Assembly (NCBI GenBank): GCA_965219685.1
Contig: CBDCOH010000002.1
Coordinates: 3,488,001-3,552,000 of the forward strand
Origin: Candidatus Spongiisociaceae bacterium
GTDB taxonomy: Bacteria; Actinomycetota; Acidimicrobiia; Spongiisociales; Spongiisociaceae
Direction: 5' to 3'
DNA: 64,000 bases
The notes beneath the pieces were generated by a model. That model did not search any database, was not told the origin of the DNA, and saw only the letters and a program-made list of their open reading frames with translations. Below are positions 30,377-40,652 of the stretch, one piece after another (position 1 is the first letter of the stretch; each line of letters opens with the position of its first letter). The position numbers were made by a program, and so were the translations under genes.

Positions 30377-30685
30377 ATGAAAGAACCAAGGATCCGGATC
30401 AAACTAAAGGCGTACGACCACCAAGTGGTGGACGAGTCTGCGCGCAAGATAGCCGAGACCGTGATCCGCACCCAGGCGATAGTCCACGGTCCGGTCCCGC
30501 TTCCCACCAGGGTCCATAGGTACTGCGTGATCCGTTCGCCTCATGTCTACAAGGACTCTCGCGAACACTTCGAGATTCGTACCCACAAGCGGCTTATCGA
30601 CATCCTCCGCCCCACGCACAACACAATCGAGTCGCTGATGCGGCTCGACCTTCCGGCGGGGGTGGAAGTGGAGATCGAGACATGA
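30377..30685 (+). CDS. rpsJ: 30S ribosomal protein S10
   Basis: [29 protein letters not shown]. Confidence 0.99.
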   Translation: MKEPRIRIKLKAYDHQVVDESARKIAETVIRTQAIVHGPVPLPTRVHRYCVIRSPHVYKDSREHFEIRTHKRLIDILRPTHNTIESLMRLDLPAGVEVEIET

Positions 30686-31323
30686 GCCCGGCCGCGATCC
30701 TCGGCGAGAAGGTGGGCATGACCCGCATCTTCGACGACCAGGCGCGTGCCATCCCCGTGACCGTCATCAAGGCCGGCCCCTGCCACGTGACCCAGATCCG
30801 CACCGAGGAGACCGACGGGTACGCCGCCGTGCAACTCGCCTACGGCAGCATCAAGCCCCGCGGGGCCAACAAACCGGCTGCCGGGCACTACGCCAAGGCG
30901 GGGGTCGAGCCGGCGCGCCACCTTCTCGAGGTTCGGGTGGACGACGTCGACGGGTTCGAGCTAGGCCAGAAGCTGCGGGTCGGCGACCTGTTCGTCGCCG
31001 GCGGCAGGGCGGACGTGACCGGCGTCTCCAAGGGCAAGGGTTTCCAGGGAGTCATGAAGCGTCACAACTTCCACGGCCAAGCCGCCAGCCACGGCGCCCA
31101 CAAGGTCCACCGGGCACCCGGCGCCATCGGCGCGTGCGCCACGCCGGCCCGGGTCTTCAAGGGCACCAAGCTGCCCGGCCGCATGGGCGGCGAACGAACC
31201 ACCGTCCTGAACCTCGTGGTGGTCGGGGTGGACACCGAGCGCGACCTCCTGGTGCTCCAGGGCGCGGTGCCCGGGCCCAAGGGCGGCCTGGTCTTCGTGC
31301 GGGAGGCGGTGAAGAGTGGCTGA
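30682..31323 (+). CDS. rplC: 50S ribosomal protein L3
   Basis: [20 protein letters not shown]. Confidence 0.99.
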   Translation: MSPAAILGEKVGMTRIFDDQARAIPVTVIKAGPCHVTQIRTEETDGYAAVQLAYGSIKPRGANKPAAGHYAKAGVEPARHLLEVRVDDVDGFELGQKLRVGDLFVAGGRADVTGVSKGKGFQGVMKRHNFHGQAASHGAHKVHRAPGAIGACATPARVFKGTKLPGRMGGERTTVLNLVVVGVDTERDLLVLQGAVPGPKGGLVFVREAVKSG

Positions 31324-32053
31324 GCAGACGGCCCGTCCGGTGGCCTCCATGTACGACTCGCTGGGCGCCCACCGCGGTGAGGTGGTGCTGGATCCCGCCT
31401 TGTTCGGCGTCGAGCCCAACCTGGACGTGATGCACCAGGTGGTGGTGGCGCACCTGGCCGCCCGCCGCGCCGGAACGGCCAACACCAAGACCAGGGCCGA
31501 GGTGCGGGGCGGGGGGCGCAAGCCCTGGCGCCAGAAGGGGCTCGGGCGAGCCCGGCACGGCTCGATCCGCTCCCCCATCTGGGTCGGCGGAGGCGTGGCT
31601 CACGGGCCCAAGCCCAGGAGTTACGCGCAGCGCACCCCGCGCAAGATGCGAGGCGTGGCCCTGCGGAGCGCGTTGTCGGCGCGGGCGTCCGAAGGAGCCG
31701 TGAAGGTCGTGGCCGAGTTCGACTGGGGGTCGCCCAAGACCAAGCTGGCCCACTCGCTGCTCGACGAGATCGGCGTGGACGGCAAGGCCCTCGTCGTGCT
31801 GGACCGCTCCGAGGCCACCGCGGCCCGCTCCTTCCGCAACCTTCCGACCGTGGTGCTCGGGCGGGCGGGGCGTCTCAACACCTACGACATCCTGTGGTCC
31901 GACACCGTCGTCTTCTCGGGCCGGGCCCTGGAGGAGACCACCGGCCTGCCGGTGGAGACCCTGCCCGGACCGTACGACGTGTCGGATGACGACTTCGTAA
32001 GGGTCGACGACGCGGGCACCGGGCCCGAGACGCAAGGAGACGCATCGCAATGA
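31316..32053 (+). CDS. rplD: 50S ribosomal protein L4 (acidic C-terminal extension)
   Basis: [26 protein letters not shown]. Confidence 0.99.
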   Translation: MAEQTARPVASMYDSLGAHRGEVVLDPALFGVEPNLDVMHQVVVAHLAARRAGTANTKTRAEVRGGGRKPWRQKGLGRARHGSIRSPIWVGGGVAHGPKPRSYAQRTPRKMRGVALRSALSARASEGAVKVVAEFDWGSPKTKLAHSLLDEIGVDGKALVVLDRSEATAARSFRNLPTVVLGRAGRLNTYDILWSDTVVFSGRALEETTGLPVETLPGPYDVSDDDFVRVDDAGTGPETQGDASQ

Positions 32054-32337
32054 AGGACCCGCGCGACATCATCCTGCTGCCGGTGATCTCCGAGAAGTCG
32101 TACGACCTAATCGAGGTCCACAACACGTACACGTTCATCGTGGACCGGCGGGCCCGCAAGGAGGAGATCAGGGAGGCCGTCGAGACGCTGTTCGAGGTTC
32201 CCGTGCTGAAGGTCAACACCCTCAACCGGAAGGGCAAGCGCAAGCGCACCAGGTTCGTGGTCGGCCGGCGCCCCGACACCAAGCGAGCCATGGTGACCCT
32301 CCCGCGGGGTCACACGGTCGGGATATTCGGGGTATGA
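32050..32337 (+). CDS. rplW: 50S ribosomal protein L23
   Basis: [18 protein letters not shown]; position in S10 operon. Confidence 0.98.
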   Translation: MKDPRDIILLPVISEKSYDLIEVHNTYTFIVDRRARKEEIREAVETLFEVPVLKVNTLNRKGKRKRTRFVVGRRPDTKRAMVTLPRGHTVGIFGV

Positions 32338-32356
32338 GGCCGGAGGAGGTAGTGCC

Positions 32357-33190
32357 ATGGCTGTGAAGAAGAGGAAACCCACCTCCCCTGGGAGAAGGTT
32401 CCAGACCGTCTCGGACTTCGCCACGATCACCAAGTCGAAGCCCGAGAAGTCGCTGCTCGCCAAGAAGAAGCGCTCCTCGGGACGCAATACCCAGGGCAGG
32501 ATCACCTCCCGCCACCGGGGAGGGGGGCACAAGCGGCGCTACCGCATCGTCGACTTCCGCCGCGAAAAGGACGGCGTCCCGGCCCGGGTGGCGGCCGTCG
32601 AGTACGACCCCAACCGCAACGCCCGGCTGGCGCTGCTCCACTACGTGGACGGCGAGAAGCGCTACATCCTCCATCCGGTGGGGGTCACGGTGGGTGACCG
32701 GCTGGAGTCCGGTCCCTCCGCCGAGATCCGACCCGGCAACGCACTGGCCCTCCGCAACATCCCGGCCGGGACGGTGGTGCACGCCATCGAGCTGCGGCCC
32801 GGAGGCGGTGCCAAGATGGCGAGGGCGGCGGGCACCGGGGTGCAGCTCATGTCCAAGGAGGGAAACCGGGCTCTGCTGCGCCTCCCCTCCGGCGAGGTCC
32901 GCTACGTCCCGCTGGATTGCCGGGCCACCATCGGGCAGGTCGGCAACGCCGAGGCGGAGCTCGTGAAGCTCGGCAAAGCCGGGCGCAACCGGTGGAAGGG
33001 TGTACGGCCCCAGACCCGCGGAGTCGCGATGAACCCGGTGGACCATCCGCTCGGGGGCGGCGAGGGCCGATCCTCGGGGGGTCGCCATCCGGTCTCGCCA
33101 TGGGGCAAGCCCGAGGGCCGGACCAGGGATCGCAACAAGGCCAGCAACCGCGATATCGTGCGGCGGCGCACCAAGAAGGGCCGGAGGTAG
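32357..33190 (+). CDS. rplB: 50S ribosomal protein L2
   Basis: [22 protein letters not shown]. Confidence 0.99.
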   Translation: MAVKKRKPTSPGRRFQTVSDFATITKSKPEKSLLAKKKRSSGRNTQGRITSRHRGGGHKRRYRIVDFRREKDGVPARVAAVEYDPNRNARLALLHYVDGEKRYILHPVGVTVGDRLESGPSAEIRPGNALALRNIPAGTVVHAIELRPGGGAKMARAAGTGVQLMSKEGNRALLRLPSGEVRYVPLDCRATIGQVGNAEAELVKLGKAGRNRWKGVRPQTRGVAMNPVDHPLGGGEGRSSGGRHPVSPWGKPEGRTRDRNKASNRDIVRRRTKKGRR

Positions 33191-33194
33191 TCAA

Positions 33195-33485
33195 ATGGCA
33201 CGCAGCCGCAAGAAGGGTCCCTTCGTGGACGAGCACCTCCTGAGGAAGGTGGACACCTACAGCCGGACCGGCGACAAGCGGCTGATCCGCACCTGGAGCC
33301 GGCGCAGCACCATCATCCCGGAGATGGTCGGGATGACCATCGCGGTGCATGACGGACGCAAGCACGTGCCGATCTACATCACCGAGCAGATGGTGGACCA
33401 CAAGCTGGGCGAGTTCGCCCCGACCCGCACCTTCCGGGGCCACGCCGGGACGAAGAGGGAACGGGCCACCCGGAGGGTCAGATGA
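33195..33485 (+). CDS. rpsS: 30S ribosomal protein S19
   Basis: [23 protein letters not shown]. Confidence 0.99.
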   Translation: MARSRKKGPFVDEHLLRKVDTYSRTGDKRLIRTWSRRSTIIPEMVGMTIAVHDGRKHVPIYITEQMVDHKLGEFAPTRTFRGHAGTKRERATRRVR

Positions 33486-33847
33486 GATCCGTGGCTCGCG
33501 CCCGCCATGTCCGCCAGTCCCCCTACAAGGTGCGGGTGGTCCTCGACCAGGTCCGGGGCCTGTCGGCCGCCGACGCCGAGGTGGCCCTGCGCTTCTCCAG
33601 CCGCCGAGCCGCCGGGCCGATCCTCAAGTGCCTGCGCTCCGCCGTGGCCAACATGAACTCCAAGTTCGAGCTGGGCCAGGATGTGGAGGAACTGGCCGGC
33701 GAGGTCACGGTGGTCGAGGCCTACGCCGACGAGGGGATGACCATCAAGCGCTTCCGGCCCCGCGCCCGGGGCCGGGCCACGCGGATACGCAAGCGCACCT
33801 GCCACATAACGATCGTGGTCTCGGACGGTCGGGAGGAGACGGACTGA
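33482..33847 (+). CDS. rplV: 50S ribosomal protein L22
   Basis: [23 protein letters not shown]. Confidence 0.99.
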   Translation: MRSVARARHVRQSPYKVRVVLDQVRGLSAADAEVALRFSSRRAAGPILKCLRSAVANMNSKFELGQDVEELAGEVTVVEAYADEGMTIKRFRPRARGRATRIRKRTCHITIVVSDGREETD

Positions 33848-35145
33848 TGGGCCAGAAGACGCACCCCTACGGATTCCGCCTCGGGATCGTGACCGACTGG
33901 AAGTCGCGCTGGTACTCGGACAAGGAATACACGGCCCTCGCCAACGAGGACTTCCGGATACGCGACTACCTGAGACGGGAGTTGAAGCGCGGGGCCGTCT
34001 CCCGGGTCGACATTGAGCGGACGAGGGAACGGCTCCAGGTCGACGTCCACACCGGCCGTCCCGGCGCGGTGATCGGTCGCAAGGGCAGCGAGGCCGAGCG
34101 GATCCGTTCGGGCATCGAGAGGTTGACAGGCCGCCGGGTGAAGCTCAACATCATCGAGGTCAAGGATCCCGAGACCGACGCGCAGTTGCTGGCCCGGGGA
34201 GTCGCCGACCAGCTCGAGAACCGGGTGGCCTTCCGGCGCGCAATGCGGCGCACCGTCCAGACCGCCCTGAAGGCCGGCGCCGAGGGCGTGAGGGTCGAGT
34301 GCTCCGGCCGTCTCGGCGGGGCCGACATGAGCCGCCGCGAGTGGTACCGCGAGGGAAGGGTCCCCCTCCACACGCTCCGGGCGGACATCGACTACGGCCA
34401 GGCCACCGCCACCACCACGGTCGGCACCATAGGAGTCAAGGTGTGGGTCTACAAGGGTGACGTGGTCACCTCCCTCAAGACCACCCGCGAGAAGATCGCC
34501 GCCGAGGCCGCGCTGGCGGCCGGGCGCCCGGCGGGTCGTATGACCCCCGCCAAGAGCCGCGCCGAGCAGAGGGCCGGCGGGCGCCGCTCCACCCGGGTCA
34601 TCGAGGCCGGGGGCGGCAAGCGGATCATCGAGGCCGGGGGCGGGCGCAAGATCAGCGCCGCCGAGGCCAAGTCGGTGTACGACACGCGCCGTGCCGAGTC
34701 CGAGTCCACCGGGCGGCGCGGAGGCGCCGCCAAGGGCGGTGGCGCCAAGCCGCCGGGTCCAGGCCCCGGCCAGCCGGGCCGCAGGGGCGCCAAGCCCGGT
34801 CAGGGACGCGGCCCGGGTCCGCGCTCCGGTGGGGGGCGTGGCCCCGGCACGAGGGGTGGCCCTGGTGGGAAGCCCGGTCAGGGACGCGGCCCGGGTCCGC
34901 GCTCCGGTGGGGGGCGTGGCCCCGGCACGAGGGGTGGCCCTGGTGGGAAGCCCGGTCAGGGACGCGGCCCGGGTCCGCGCTCCGGTGGGGGGCGTGGCCC
35001 CGGCACGAGGGGTGGCCCTGGTGGGAAGCCTGGTGGGGGGCGTGGCCCCGGGACCAGGGGTGGCCCCGGCAGGGGCCGGTCGGGACGCGGTGGCCCCCGG
35101 AACAGTCCCGGCGGCAAGAAGCCCGACTCGGGGAAGCGGGGGTAG
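33847..35145 (+). CDS. rpsC: 30S ribosomal protein S3 with long Gly/Arg/Pro-rich C-terminal extension
   Basis: [36 protein letters not shown], then about 225 further residues. Confidence 0.98.
   Translation: MGQKTHPYGFRLGIVTDWKSRWYSDKEYTALANEDFRIRDYLRRELKRGAVSRVDIERTRERLQVDVHTGRPGAVIGRKGSEAERIRSGIERLTGRRVKLNIIEVKDPETDAQLLARGVADQLENRVAFRRAMRRTVQTALKAGAEGVRVECSGRLGGADMSRREWYREGRVPLHTLRADIDYGQATATTTVGTIGVKVWVYKGDVVTSLKTTREKIAAEAALAAGRPAGRMTPAKSRAEQRAGGRRSTRVIEAGGGKRIIEAGGGRKISAAEAKSVYDTRRAESESTGRRGGAAKGGGAKPPGPGPGQPGRRGAKPGQGRGPGPRSGGGRGPGTRGGPGGKPGQGRGPGPRSGGGRGPGTRGGPGGKPGQGRGPGPRSGGGRGPGTRGGPGGKPGGGRGPGTRGGPGRGRSGRGGPRNSPGGKKPDSGKRG
34792..35070 (+). repeat. 78-bp in-frame tandem repeat, 3 copies plus a partial copy, inside rpsC
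   Basis: Units start at 34792, 34870 and 34948; each encodes [26 protein letters not shown]. Confidence 0.95.
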
Positions 35146-35148
35146 ACC

Positions 35149-35562
35149 GTGTTGATGCCGAAGCGCACCAAGTACCGCAAGGTGCACCGGGGCCGGATGA
35201 GAGGCTACGCGAAGGGTGGCACGACCGTGTCGTTCGGGGACTTCGGGATCCAGGCGCTCGAGCCGGGACACATCACCGCCCGCCAGATCGAAGCGGCCCG
35301 GGTGGCCATCACCCGTACGGTGCGGCGGGGCGGAAAGGTGTGGATAACCATCTTTCCCGACAAACCCATGACCGCCAAGCCCGCCGAGACCCGGATGGGT
35401 TCCGGCAAGGGCAACCCGGAATACTGGGTGGCGGTCGTCAAGCCCGGAAGGGTCATGATGGAACTCTCCGGGGTTGCCGAGGAGATGGCCAGGGAAGCTA
35501 TCCGCAAGGCCGGTCACAAGCTTCCCATCAGGACCAGATTCGTGACGCGGGAGCAGCTGTGA
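35149..35562 (+). CDS. rplP: 50S ribosomal protein L16
   Basis: [20 protein letters not shown]. Confidence 0.99.
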   Translation: MLMPKRTKYRKVHRGRMRGYAKGGTTVSFGDFGIQALEPGHITARQIEAARVAITRTVRRGGKVWITIFPDKPMTAKPAETRMGSGKGNPEYWVAVVKPGRVMMELSGVAEEMAREAIRKAGHKLPIRTRFVTREQL

Positions 35563-35605
35563 GGCGAGACTTGGCGAAAGCCGTTCGCGCCGTGAGGGGA
35601 GCGCC

Positions 35606-35815
35606 ATGAAGGCCTCGGAAATGCGCGACCTGACCCCGGCGGAACTCGTCGAGTTGCTCGACGAATCCAAGGAGGAGTTGTTCAACCTGAGGTTCCAGTT
35701 GGCGGTGAGCCAGTCGAGTGACACTGCGTCGCTGGGGCGCCTGCGCCAGCGGATCGCCCGCATCAAGACCGTAATGCACGAGGCTGCTCTCGACGAGAGG
35801 AGGGGCAATGGTTGA
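35606..35815 (+). CDS. rpmC: 50S ribosomal protein L29
   Basis: KEELFNLRFQ, IARIKT. Confidence 0.98.
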   Translation: MKASEMRDLTPAELVELLDESKEELFNLRFQLAVSQSSDTASLGRLRQRIARIKTVMHEAALDERRGNG

Positions 35816-36065
35816 GCGGGCAACCCGCAAGAGCCGGGTGGGCGTCGTGGTATCGGACGCGCGCAGCCGGACGGTCACCGTCAGGATCGAGCGCACCTCC
35901 CGCCATCCCCGGTACGACAAGATCGTCAGGACCGCCAAGAAGGTCCATGTGCACGACGAGAACGACGACGCCCGGAACGGGGACAGGGTGCTGATCGCCG
36001 AGACGCGGCCCGTGTCCAAGACCAAGCGGTGGCGGCTGGTCAGGGTCCTGGAGCGGGCCCGATGA
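35808..36065 (+). CDS. rpsQ: 30S ribosomal protein S17
   Basis: [22 protein letters not shown]. Confidence 0.98.
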   Translation: MVERATRKSRVGVVVSDARSRTVTVRIERTSRHPRYDKIVRTAKKVHVHDENDDARNGDRVLIAETRPVSKTKRWRLVRVLERAR

Positions 36066-36430
36066 TCCAGCAGGAGTCACGCCTCAAGGTGGCCGACAAC
36101 AGCGGCGCCCGGGAGGTGCTGTGCATCCGGGTGCTGGGCGGGTCGCGGCGCCGCTACGCCCGGATCGGCGACGTGATCGTGGCAACCGTCAAGCAGGCCA
36201 GCCCCGGGGCCGCCCTCAAGAAGGGAGAGGTGGTCAAGGCGGTGGTGGTCCGTACCGCCAAGGAGCAGCGACGCCGCGACGGGACCTACATACGCTTCGA
36301 CGACAACGCCTGCGTCATCATCCACGAGAACCGCCTGCCCCGCGGGACCCGCATCTTCGGCCCGGTGGCCCGCGAGTTGCGCGACCGCCGGTTCATGCGG
36401 ATCGTCTCGCTGGCCCCGGAGGTGATCTGA
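36062..36430 (+). CDS. rplN: 50S ribosomal protein L14
   Basis: [23 protein letters not shown]. Confidence 0.99.
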   Translation: MIQQESRLKVADNSGAREVLCIRVLGGSRRRYARIGDVIVATVKQASPGAALKKGEVVKAVVVRTAKEQRRRDGTYIRFDDNACVIIHENRLPRGTRIFGPVARELRDRRFMRIVSLAPEVI

Positions 36431-36735
36431 TGGCCGTGAGGGAGGGCGACCGGGTCATGGTGATATCCGGCAAGGACCGGGGTCGCCAGTCTCGGGTAGC
36501 CCGGGTGATGCCCAAGCAGGGGAAGGTGGTCGTCGAGAACATCAACACCGCCAGGCGCCACCAGAAGGCCAGGGGCCGGACCATCCAGGCCGGGATCGTC
36601 GACAAGGACATGCCGATCGACATCTCCAATGTGATGCTGGTGTGCGAGGAGTGCGGGCCGGTCCGGGTGCGAGCCGGCTTCAGCGAGACCGGCCGCAAGT
36701 ACCGCCGGTGCGTCAAGTGCGGCGGCGAGGTGTGA
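36430..36735 (+). CDS. rplX: 50S ribosomal protein L24
   Basis: [20 protein letters not shown]; CxxC...CxxC. Confidence 0.97.
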   Translation: MAVREGDRVMVISGKDRGRQSRVARVMPKQGKVVVENINTARRHQKARGRTIQAGIVDKDMPIDISNVMLVCEECGPVRVRAGFSETGRKYRRCVKCGGEV

Positions 36736-36760
36736 AGCCCATGAACGAACGGTGCGAAGC

Positions 36761-37327
36761 ATGAATCCGACTCCCAGACTCAAGCAGCTGTACGTCGACA
36801 CGGTCCATGCCCGGATGATGGAGGAGCTCGGCCTTCCCAACCCGATGCTGGTCCCCAGGATCGACAAGATCGTCGTGAACATGGGGGTGGGCGACGCGGT
36901 GGGCGACGCCAAGCAGATCAACGCCGCGATGGACGACCTGGCCACGATCGCCGGGCAGAGGCCCCGGCTAAACCGGGCGCGACGGTCGATCGCGGGCTTC
37001 AAGCTCCGGGCGGGAAACCCGGTGGGCTGCTCCGTTACCCTACGGGGGGATCGGGCCTGGGAGTTCCTCGACAGGTTGATTACCATCTCGATCCCTCGCA
37101 TCCGGGACTTCCGGGGGTTGAGCCCGGCCTCGTTCGACGGCCGGGGCAACTACAGCTTCGGGGTGAGCGAGCAGCTCATCTTTCCGGAGATCGACTACGA
37201 CAAGGTGACGGCGGTGCGCGGTATGGATATCACCATCTGTACCACCGCCTCCGACGACCGGGCGGCGAGGGCGTTGCTGGATGCGTTCGGCTTTCCGTTC
37301 CGGCGCACGGCGCCCATGACCAACTGA
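36761..37327 (+). CDS. rplE: 50S ribosomal protein L5
   Basis: [25 protein letters not shown]. Confidence 0.99.
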   Translation: MNPTPRLKQLYVDTVHARMMEELGLPNPMLVPRIDKIVVNMGVGDAVGDAKQINAAMDDLATIAGQRPRLNRARRSIAGFKLRAGNPVGCSVTLRGDRAWEFLDRLITISIPRIRDFRGLSPASFDGRGNYSFGVSEQLIFPEIDYDKVTAVRGMDITICTTASDDRAARALLDAFGFPFRRTAPMTN

Positions 37328-37342
37328 GATAGAGGCTGGAAG

Positions 37343-37648
37343 ATGGCTAAGAAGTCGATGATTGCCAAGAACAAGCGGCGGGCGGAGCTGATAGAGCGCT
37401 ACCGGGAGCAGCGAGCTGAACTGGTCAGCGTCATCAAGGATCCGGACGCCTCGCTCGAGGCCAAGCGGAAGGCCTACGCGGCCATCGCCAAGATGCCTCG
37501 CGACGCGAGCCCCACCCGGTACCGGAACAGGTGCGGTATCACCGGCCGGCCCCGGGGTTACCTCCGCCAGTTCGGCATGTCCCGCATAGCGGTCCGGGAA
37601 CTCGCCCACCGGGGCGAGCTACCCGGCGTGATGAAGTCGTCCTGGTGA
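37343..37648 (+). CDS. rpsN: 30S ribosomal protein S14, long zinc-independent form
   Basis: 101 aa; [26 protein letters not shown]; single Cys. Confidence 0.97.
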   Translation: MAKKSMIAKNKRRAELIERYREQRAELVSVIKDPDASLEAKRKAYAAIAKMPRDASPTRYRNRCGITGRPRGYLRQFGMSRIAVRELAHRGELPGVMKSSW

Positions 37649-37655
37649 TCCGCTC

Positions 37656-38057
37656 ATGATGACCGACCCCATCGCCGACATGCTGACCCGCATCCGCAAC
37701 GCCAACCTGGCGCTGCACGCCAGCGTGAGCATGCCCTCCTCGAAGATGAAGGAGCAGATCGCCAAGCTCCTCGCCGCCGAGGGATACGTGGAGGGATACG
37801 ACGTGGCGCCCGCCGACCAGGGCACCGAGTTGACGATCAGGCTCAAGTTCGCCGGCAAGGGCAACCGGGACCGGATACTCACCGGTCTGAGGCGCGTCTC
37901 CCGCCCGGGGCGGCGCATCTACAAGGGAGCAAGCGAGCTCCCCCGGTCCCAGGGAGGCCTGGGAACGGTGGTCGTGTCCACCTCCCAGGGACTGCTTCCG
38001 GACCGGGAGGCCCGGCGGCGGCGCCTGGGCGGCGAGCTGGTGTGCGAGGTCTGGTGA
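37656..38057 (+). CDS. rpsH: 30S ribosomal protein S8
   Basis: TDPIADMLTRIRNA, RVSRPGRRIY. Confidence 0.99.
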   Translation: MMTDPIADMLTRIRNANLALHASVSMPSSKMKEQIAKLLAAEGYVEGYDVAPADQGTELTIRLKFAGKGNRDRILTGLRRVSRPGRRIYKGASELPRSQGGLGTVVVSTSQGLLPDREARRRRLGGELVCEVW

Positions 38058-38061
38058 GATC

Positions 38062-38610
38062 ATGAGCCGTATAGGAAGGATCCCCGTCCCGGTCCCGCCC
38101 GGCGTGACGGTCACCGTCGCCGGCAGTGACGTGAACGTGGCGGGTCCGAAGGGCTCACTCCGTCGCACCTTCGAGAACCGGGTGAGCCTGGAGGTGGTGG
38201 ACGGCCGCTGCGTGGTCACCCGCAGGGACGACGAGCGCCGCACCCGCGCCTACCACGGCCTGGCCAGGGCGCTGGTCAACAACATGGTCATCGGGGTTTC
38301 GCAGGGCTACAGCAAGACCCTCAAGATCGTAGGGGTGGGATACCGGGTCCTTCCCAGGGGCCGGGCGCTGGAACTCCAGGTCGGATTCAGCCACACCGTC
38401 GCCATTCCCGCCACGGAAGGTATCGACTTCGAGGTCCCGGACGCCACCACCATCATCGTGAAGGGCATCGACAAGGAACTGGTGGGCCAGGTGGCGGCCG
38501 ACATCCGCAGCGTGCGCCCGCCGGAGCCCTACAAGGGCAAGGGCATCCGGTACGTGGACGAGTACGTGCGGCGCAAGAGCGGCAAGGCTGCGGGAGCGGC
38601 GGCGCGATGA
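38062..38610 (+). CDS. rplF: 50S ribosomal protein L6
   Basis: [18 protein letters not shown]. Confidence 0.99.
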   Translation: MSRIGRIPVPVPPGVTVTVAGSDVNVAGPKGSLRRTFENRVSLEVVDGRCVVTRRDDERRTRAYHGLARALVNNMVIGVSQGYSKTLKIVGVGYRVLPRGRALELQVGFSHTVAIPATEGIDFEVPDATTIIVKGIDKELVGQVAADIRSVRPPEPYKGKGIRYVDEYVRRKSGKAAGAAAR

Positions 38611-38960
38611 GCGGCGTCCGGTCCCGGGCCCGCATCCGGCGCCACCGGCGCGTGAGGAAGAGGGTGAGAGGCAATGCCTCCCGGCCGCGGCTGGCCGTCT
38701 TCCGCAGCAACCGGTACATATACGCCCAGGTGATCGACGACGACGCGGGCCGGACCCTGGCGGCGGCGTCGTCCCAGGAGGAGCAACTTCGCTCGGCGAC
38801 GCTGACCGCGGCCACGGCCGCCACGGTGGGAAGGCTCATCGCGGCCCGGGCCGCCGCGGCAGGGGTCACCGACGTGGTGTTCGATCGTGGTGGGCATCCT
38901 TTCCACGGTCGCGTGAAGGCACTGGCGGATTCGGCAAGGGAGGCGGGACTTGAGTTCTAG
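38607..38960 (+). CDS. rplR: 50S ribosomal protein L18
   Basis: [23 protein letters not shown]. Confidence 0.99.
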   Translation: MSGVRSRARIRRHRRVRKRVRGNASRPRLAVFRSNRYIYAQVIDDDAGRTLAAASSQEEQLRSATLTAATAATVGRLIAARAAAAGVTDVVFDRGGHPFHGRVKALADSAREAGLEF

Positions 38961-38979
38961 GACGAGGCGACGCGACGGG

Positions 38980-39525
38980 ATGGCCGGCTCCGGCCCCCAG
39001 TACGACGAGCGGGTCATCGAGATCAACCGGGTCTCGAAGGTCAGCAAGGGGGGACGCAGGTTCTCCTTCACCGCGCTGGTGGCGCTGGGGGACGGGAACG
39101 GTCGGGTGGGAATCGGCTACGGCAAGGCCAAGGAAGTCCCCACCGCCATCCAGAAGGCGATCGAGTCGGCGCGCAAGTCGATGTTCACCGTGCCGATGGC
39201 CGGTACCACGCTCATACATCAGGTGGTCGGCCGCCACGGTGCGTCGCGGGTGCTCCTCAAGCCCGCCTCGCCCGGTACGGGCGTGATCGCCGGCGGCGCG
39301 GTACGCCAGATACTCGAGGCGGCCGGGGTGCGCGACGCCCTGTCGAAGTCGCTCGGCGCCCCCACCCACCTCAACGTGGCTCGGGCCACCATCGAGGGCC
39401 TCAAGGGCCAGCGCCGCCCGGAGGATGTGGCCAGGGCCAGGGGGAAGACTCCCGAGGATGTCACCCCTCCCGGCCTGCTGGCCGCCTACCGCTCCACCGA
39501 GATGCTACGGGCGTCGGGTGGATGA
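38980..39525 (+). CDS. rpsE: 30S ribosomal protein S5
   Basis: [22 protein letters not shown]. Confidence 0.99.
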   Translation: MAGSGPQYDERVIEINRVSKVSKGGRRFSFTALVALGDGNGRVGIGYGKAKEVPTAIQKAIESARKSMFTVPMAGTTLIHQVVGRHGASRVLLKPASPGTGVIAGGAVRQILEAAGVRDALSKSLGAPTHLNVARATIEGLKGQRRPEDVARARGKTPEDVTPPGLLAAYRSTEMLRASGG

Positions 39526-39535
39526 GGCGGTGGCG

Positions 39536-39721
39536 ATGGCAGAGTCCCGACTTCGTATCACCCTGCGGAGGAGCCTGATCGGCGAGAAGCCGAAGGCCAG
39601 GGCGACCGTCCGCAGCCTGGGGCTCCGCAGGATCAACGCCTCGGTGGAACACCGCGACACCCCCGACATCCGGGGGATGGTCCACCGGGTCCGCCACCTG
39701 GTGGAAGTGGAGCAGTTGTAG
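39536..39721 (+). CDS. rpmD: 50S ribosomal protein L30
   Basis: ITLRRSLIG, LGLRRI, IRGM..RV.HLV. Confidence 0.97.
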   Translation: MAESRLRITLRRSLIGEKPKARATVRSLGLRRINASVEHRDTPDIRGMVHRVRHLVEVEQL

Positions 39722-39838
39722 TGGTCCGCCCGCGAGGTGATACGCTGCGATGCTGCCGTCGCACGCCGGACCGCCACCCCGCCGCAACGACAGATATCTA
39801 GAGGACATCGACGCGAGACCTATCCGGAGGAGCCGACC

Positions 39839-40297
39839 GTGGCCACCAAGAGGAATCAACTCAAGCTCCATCACCTGCGACCCGCCGAAGGGTCGAAGCG
39901 TAAGAAGATCCGCGTCGGGCGCGGCGAAGCCGGCCGGCGCGGGAAGACCGCCGGTCGCGGCACGAAGGGCCTCAAGGCCCGGCGCAACGTACGTCCCGGC
40001 TTCGAGGGCGGCCAGACGCCCCTGCAGGCTCGCATCCCGAAACTCCGCGGGTTCAAGCCGTACAACCGGGTGGAGTACACGGTGGTGAACGTCGACCACC
40101 TCGCCGCGTTCGGCGACGGCGCCACCGTCTCCCTGGCCGATCTTCGGGAGCGGGGCCTCGTCCGCAAGCGGGGGAAGGTCAAGGTCCTGGGCAGGGGCGA
40201 GATCGATGCGGCACTGACCGTCGAGGCCCACGCGTTCAGCGGGTCGGCCCGAGAGAAGATCGAGAGCGCGGGGGGTTCGTGCGTGATCGTCGGGTGA
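39839..40297 (+). CDS. rplO: 50S ribosomal protein L15
   Basis: RVGRG, GKTAGRG.KG, FEGGQTPL. Confidence 0.98.
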   Translation: MATKRNQLKLHHLRPAEGSKRKKIRVGRGEAGRRGKTAGRGTKGLKARRNVRPGFEGGQTPLQARIPKLRGFKPYNRVEYTVVNVDHLAAFGDGATVSLADLRERGLVRKRGKVKVLGRGEIDAALTVEAHAFSGSAREKIESAGGSCVIVG

Positions 40298-40362
40298 CGA
40301 CCTCACCGGCGCCGCTGGGCCACCGGACAGCGATCCGTGCCAGGCCCGCCCGGACAAGGGGG

Positions 40363-40391
40363 TTGACCCTGTCACACGCCCGCCCCATACT
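40363..40391 (+). promoter_or_regulatory. Putative internal promoter upstream of secY
   Basis: TTGACC-17 bp-CATACT in a 355-bp intergenic gap. Confidence 0.6.
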
Positions 40392-40652
40392 TGGGAACTA
40401 CCAAGCACCTGCGCGGTCCCGGGACTGGACGTCGGCCCGACCGCCGGAGGGATCAGGTCTGCGGAGCGGCCATCCCCGGCCAGCCGGGCGAAGCGCGCTC
40501 CGAACCGAGGACAGGTGGTGGTGGGGGTGGGCCCGGAGGGTCGGCCTGTCGGGGCGTTTTTCGCGGACCGGCGGATCCGGCGCCGCGTCCGGGACTCGGG
40601 TGGACTGCAGTCCGGGTGAAGGTCGGGACAACGGTTACGGAGGGCGGCGCTG

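Noticed and set aside
33349-33846. N-terminal extension of S3 in ORF 33349..35145
   Set aside because: Overlaps rpsS/rplV; the true start is MGQK at 33847.
33721-35823. Long antisense ORFs across the ribosomal cluster and other GC-rich genes
   Set aside because: Expected in high-GC DNA; they overlap well-supported genes and have no recognisable motifs.
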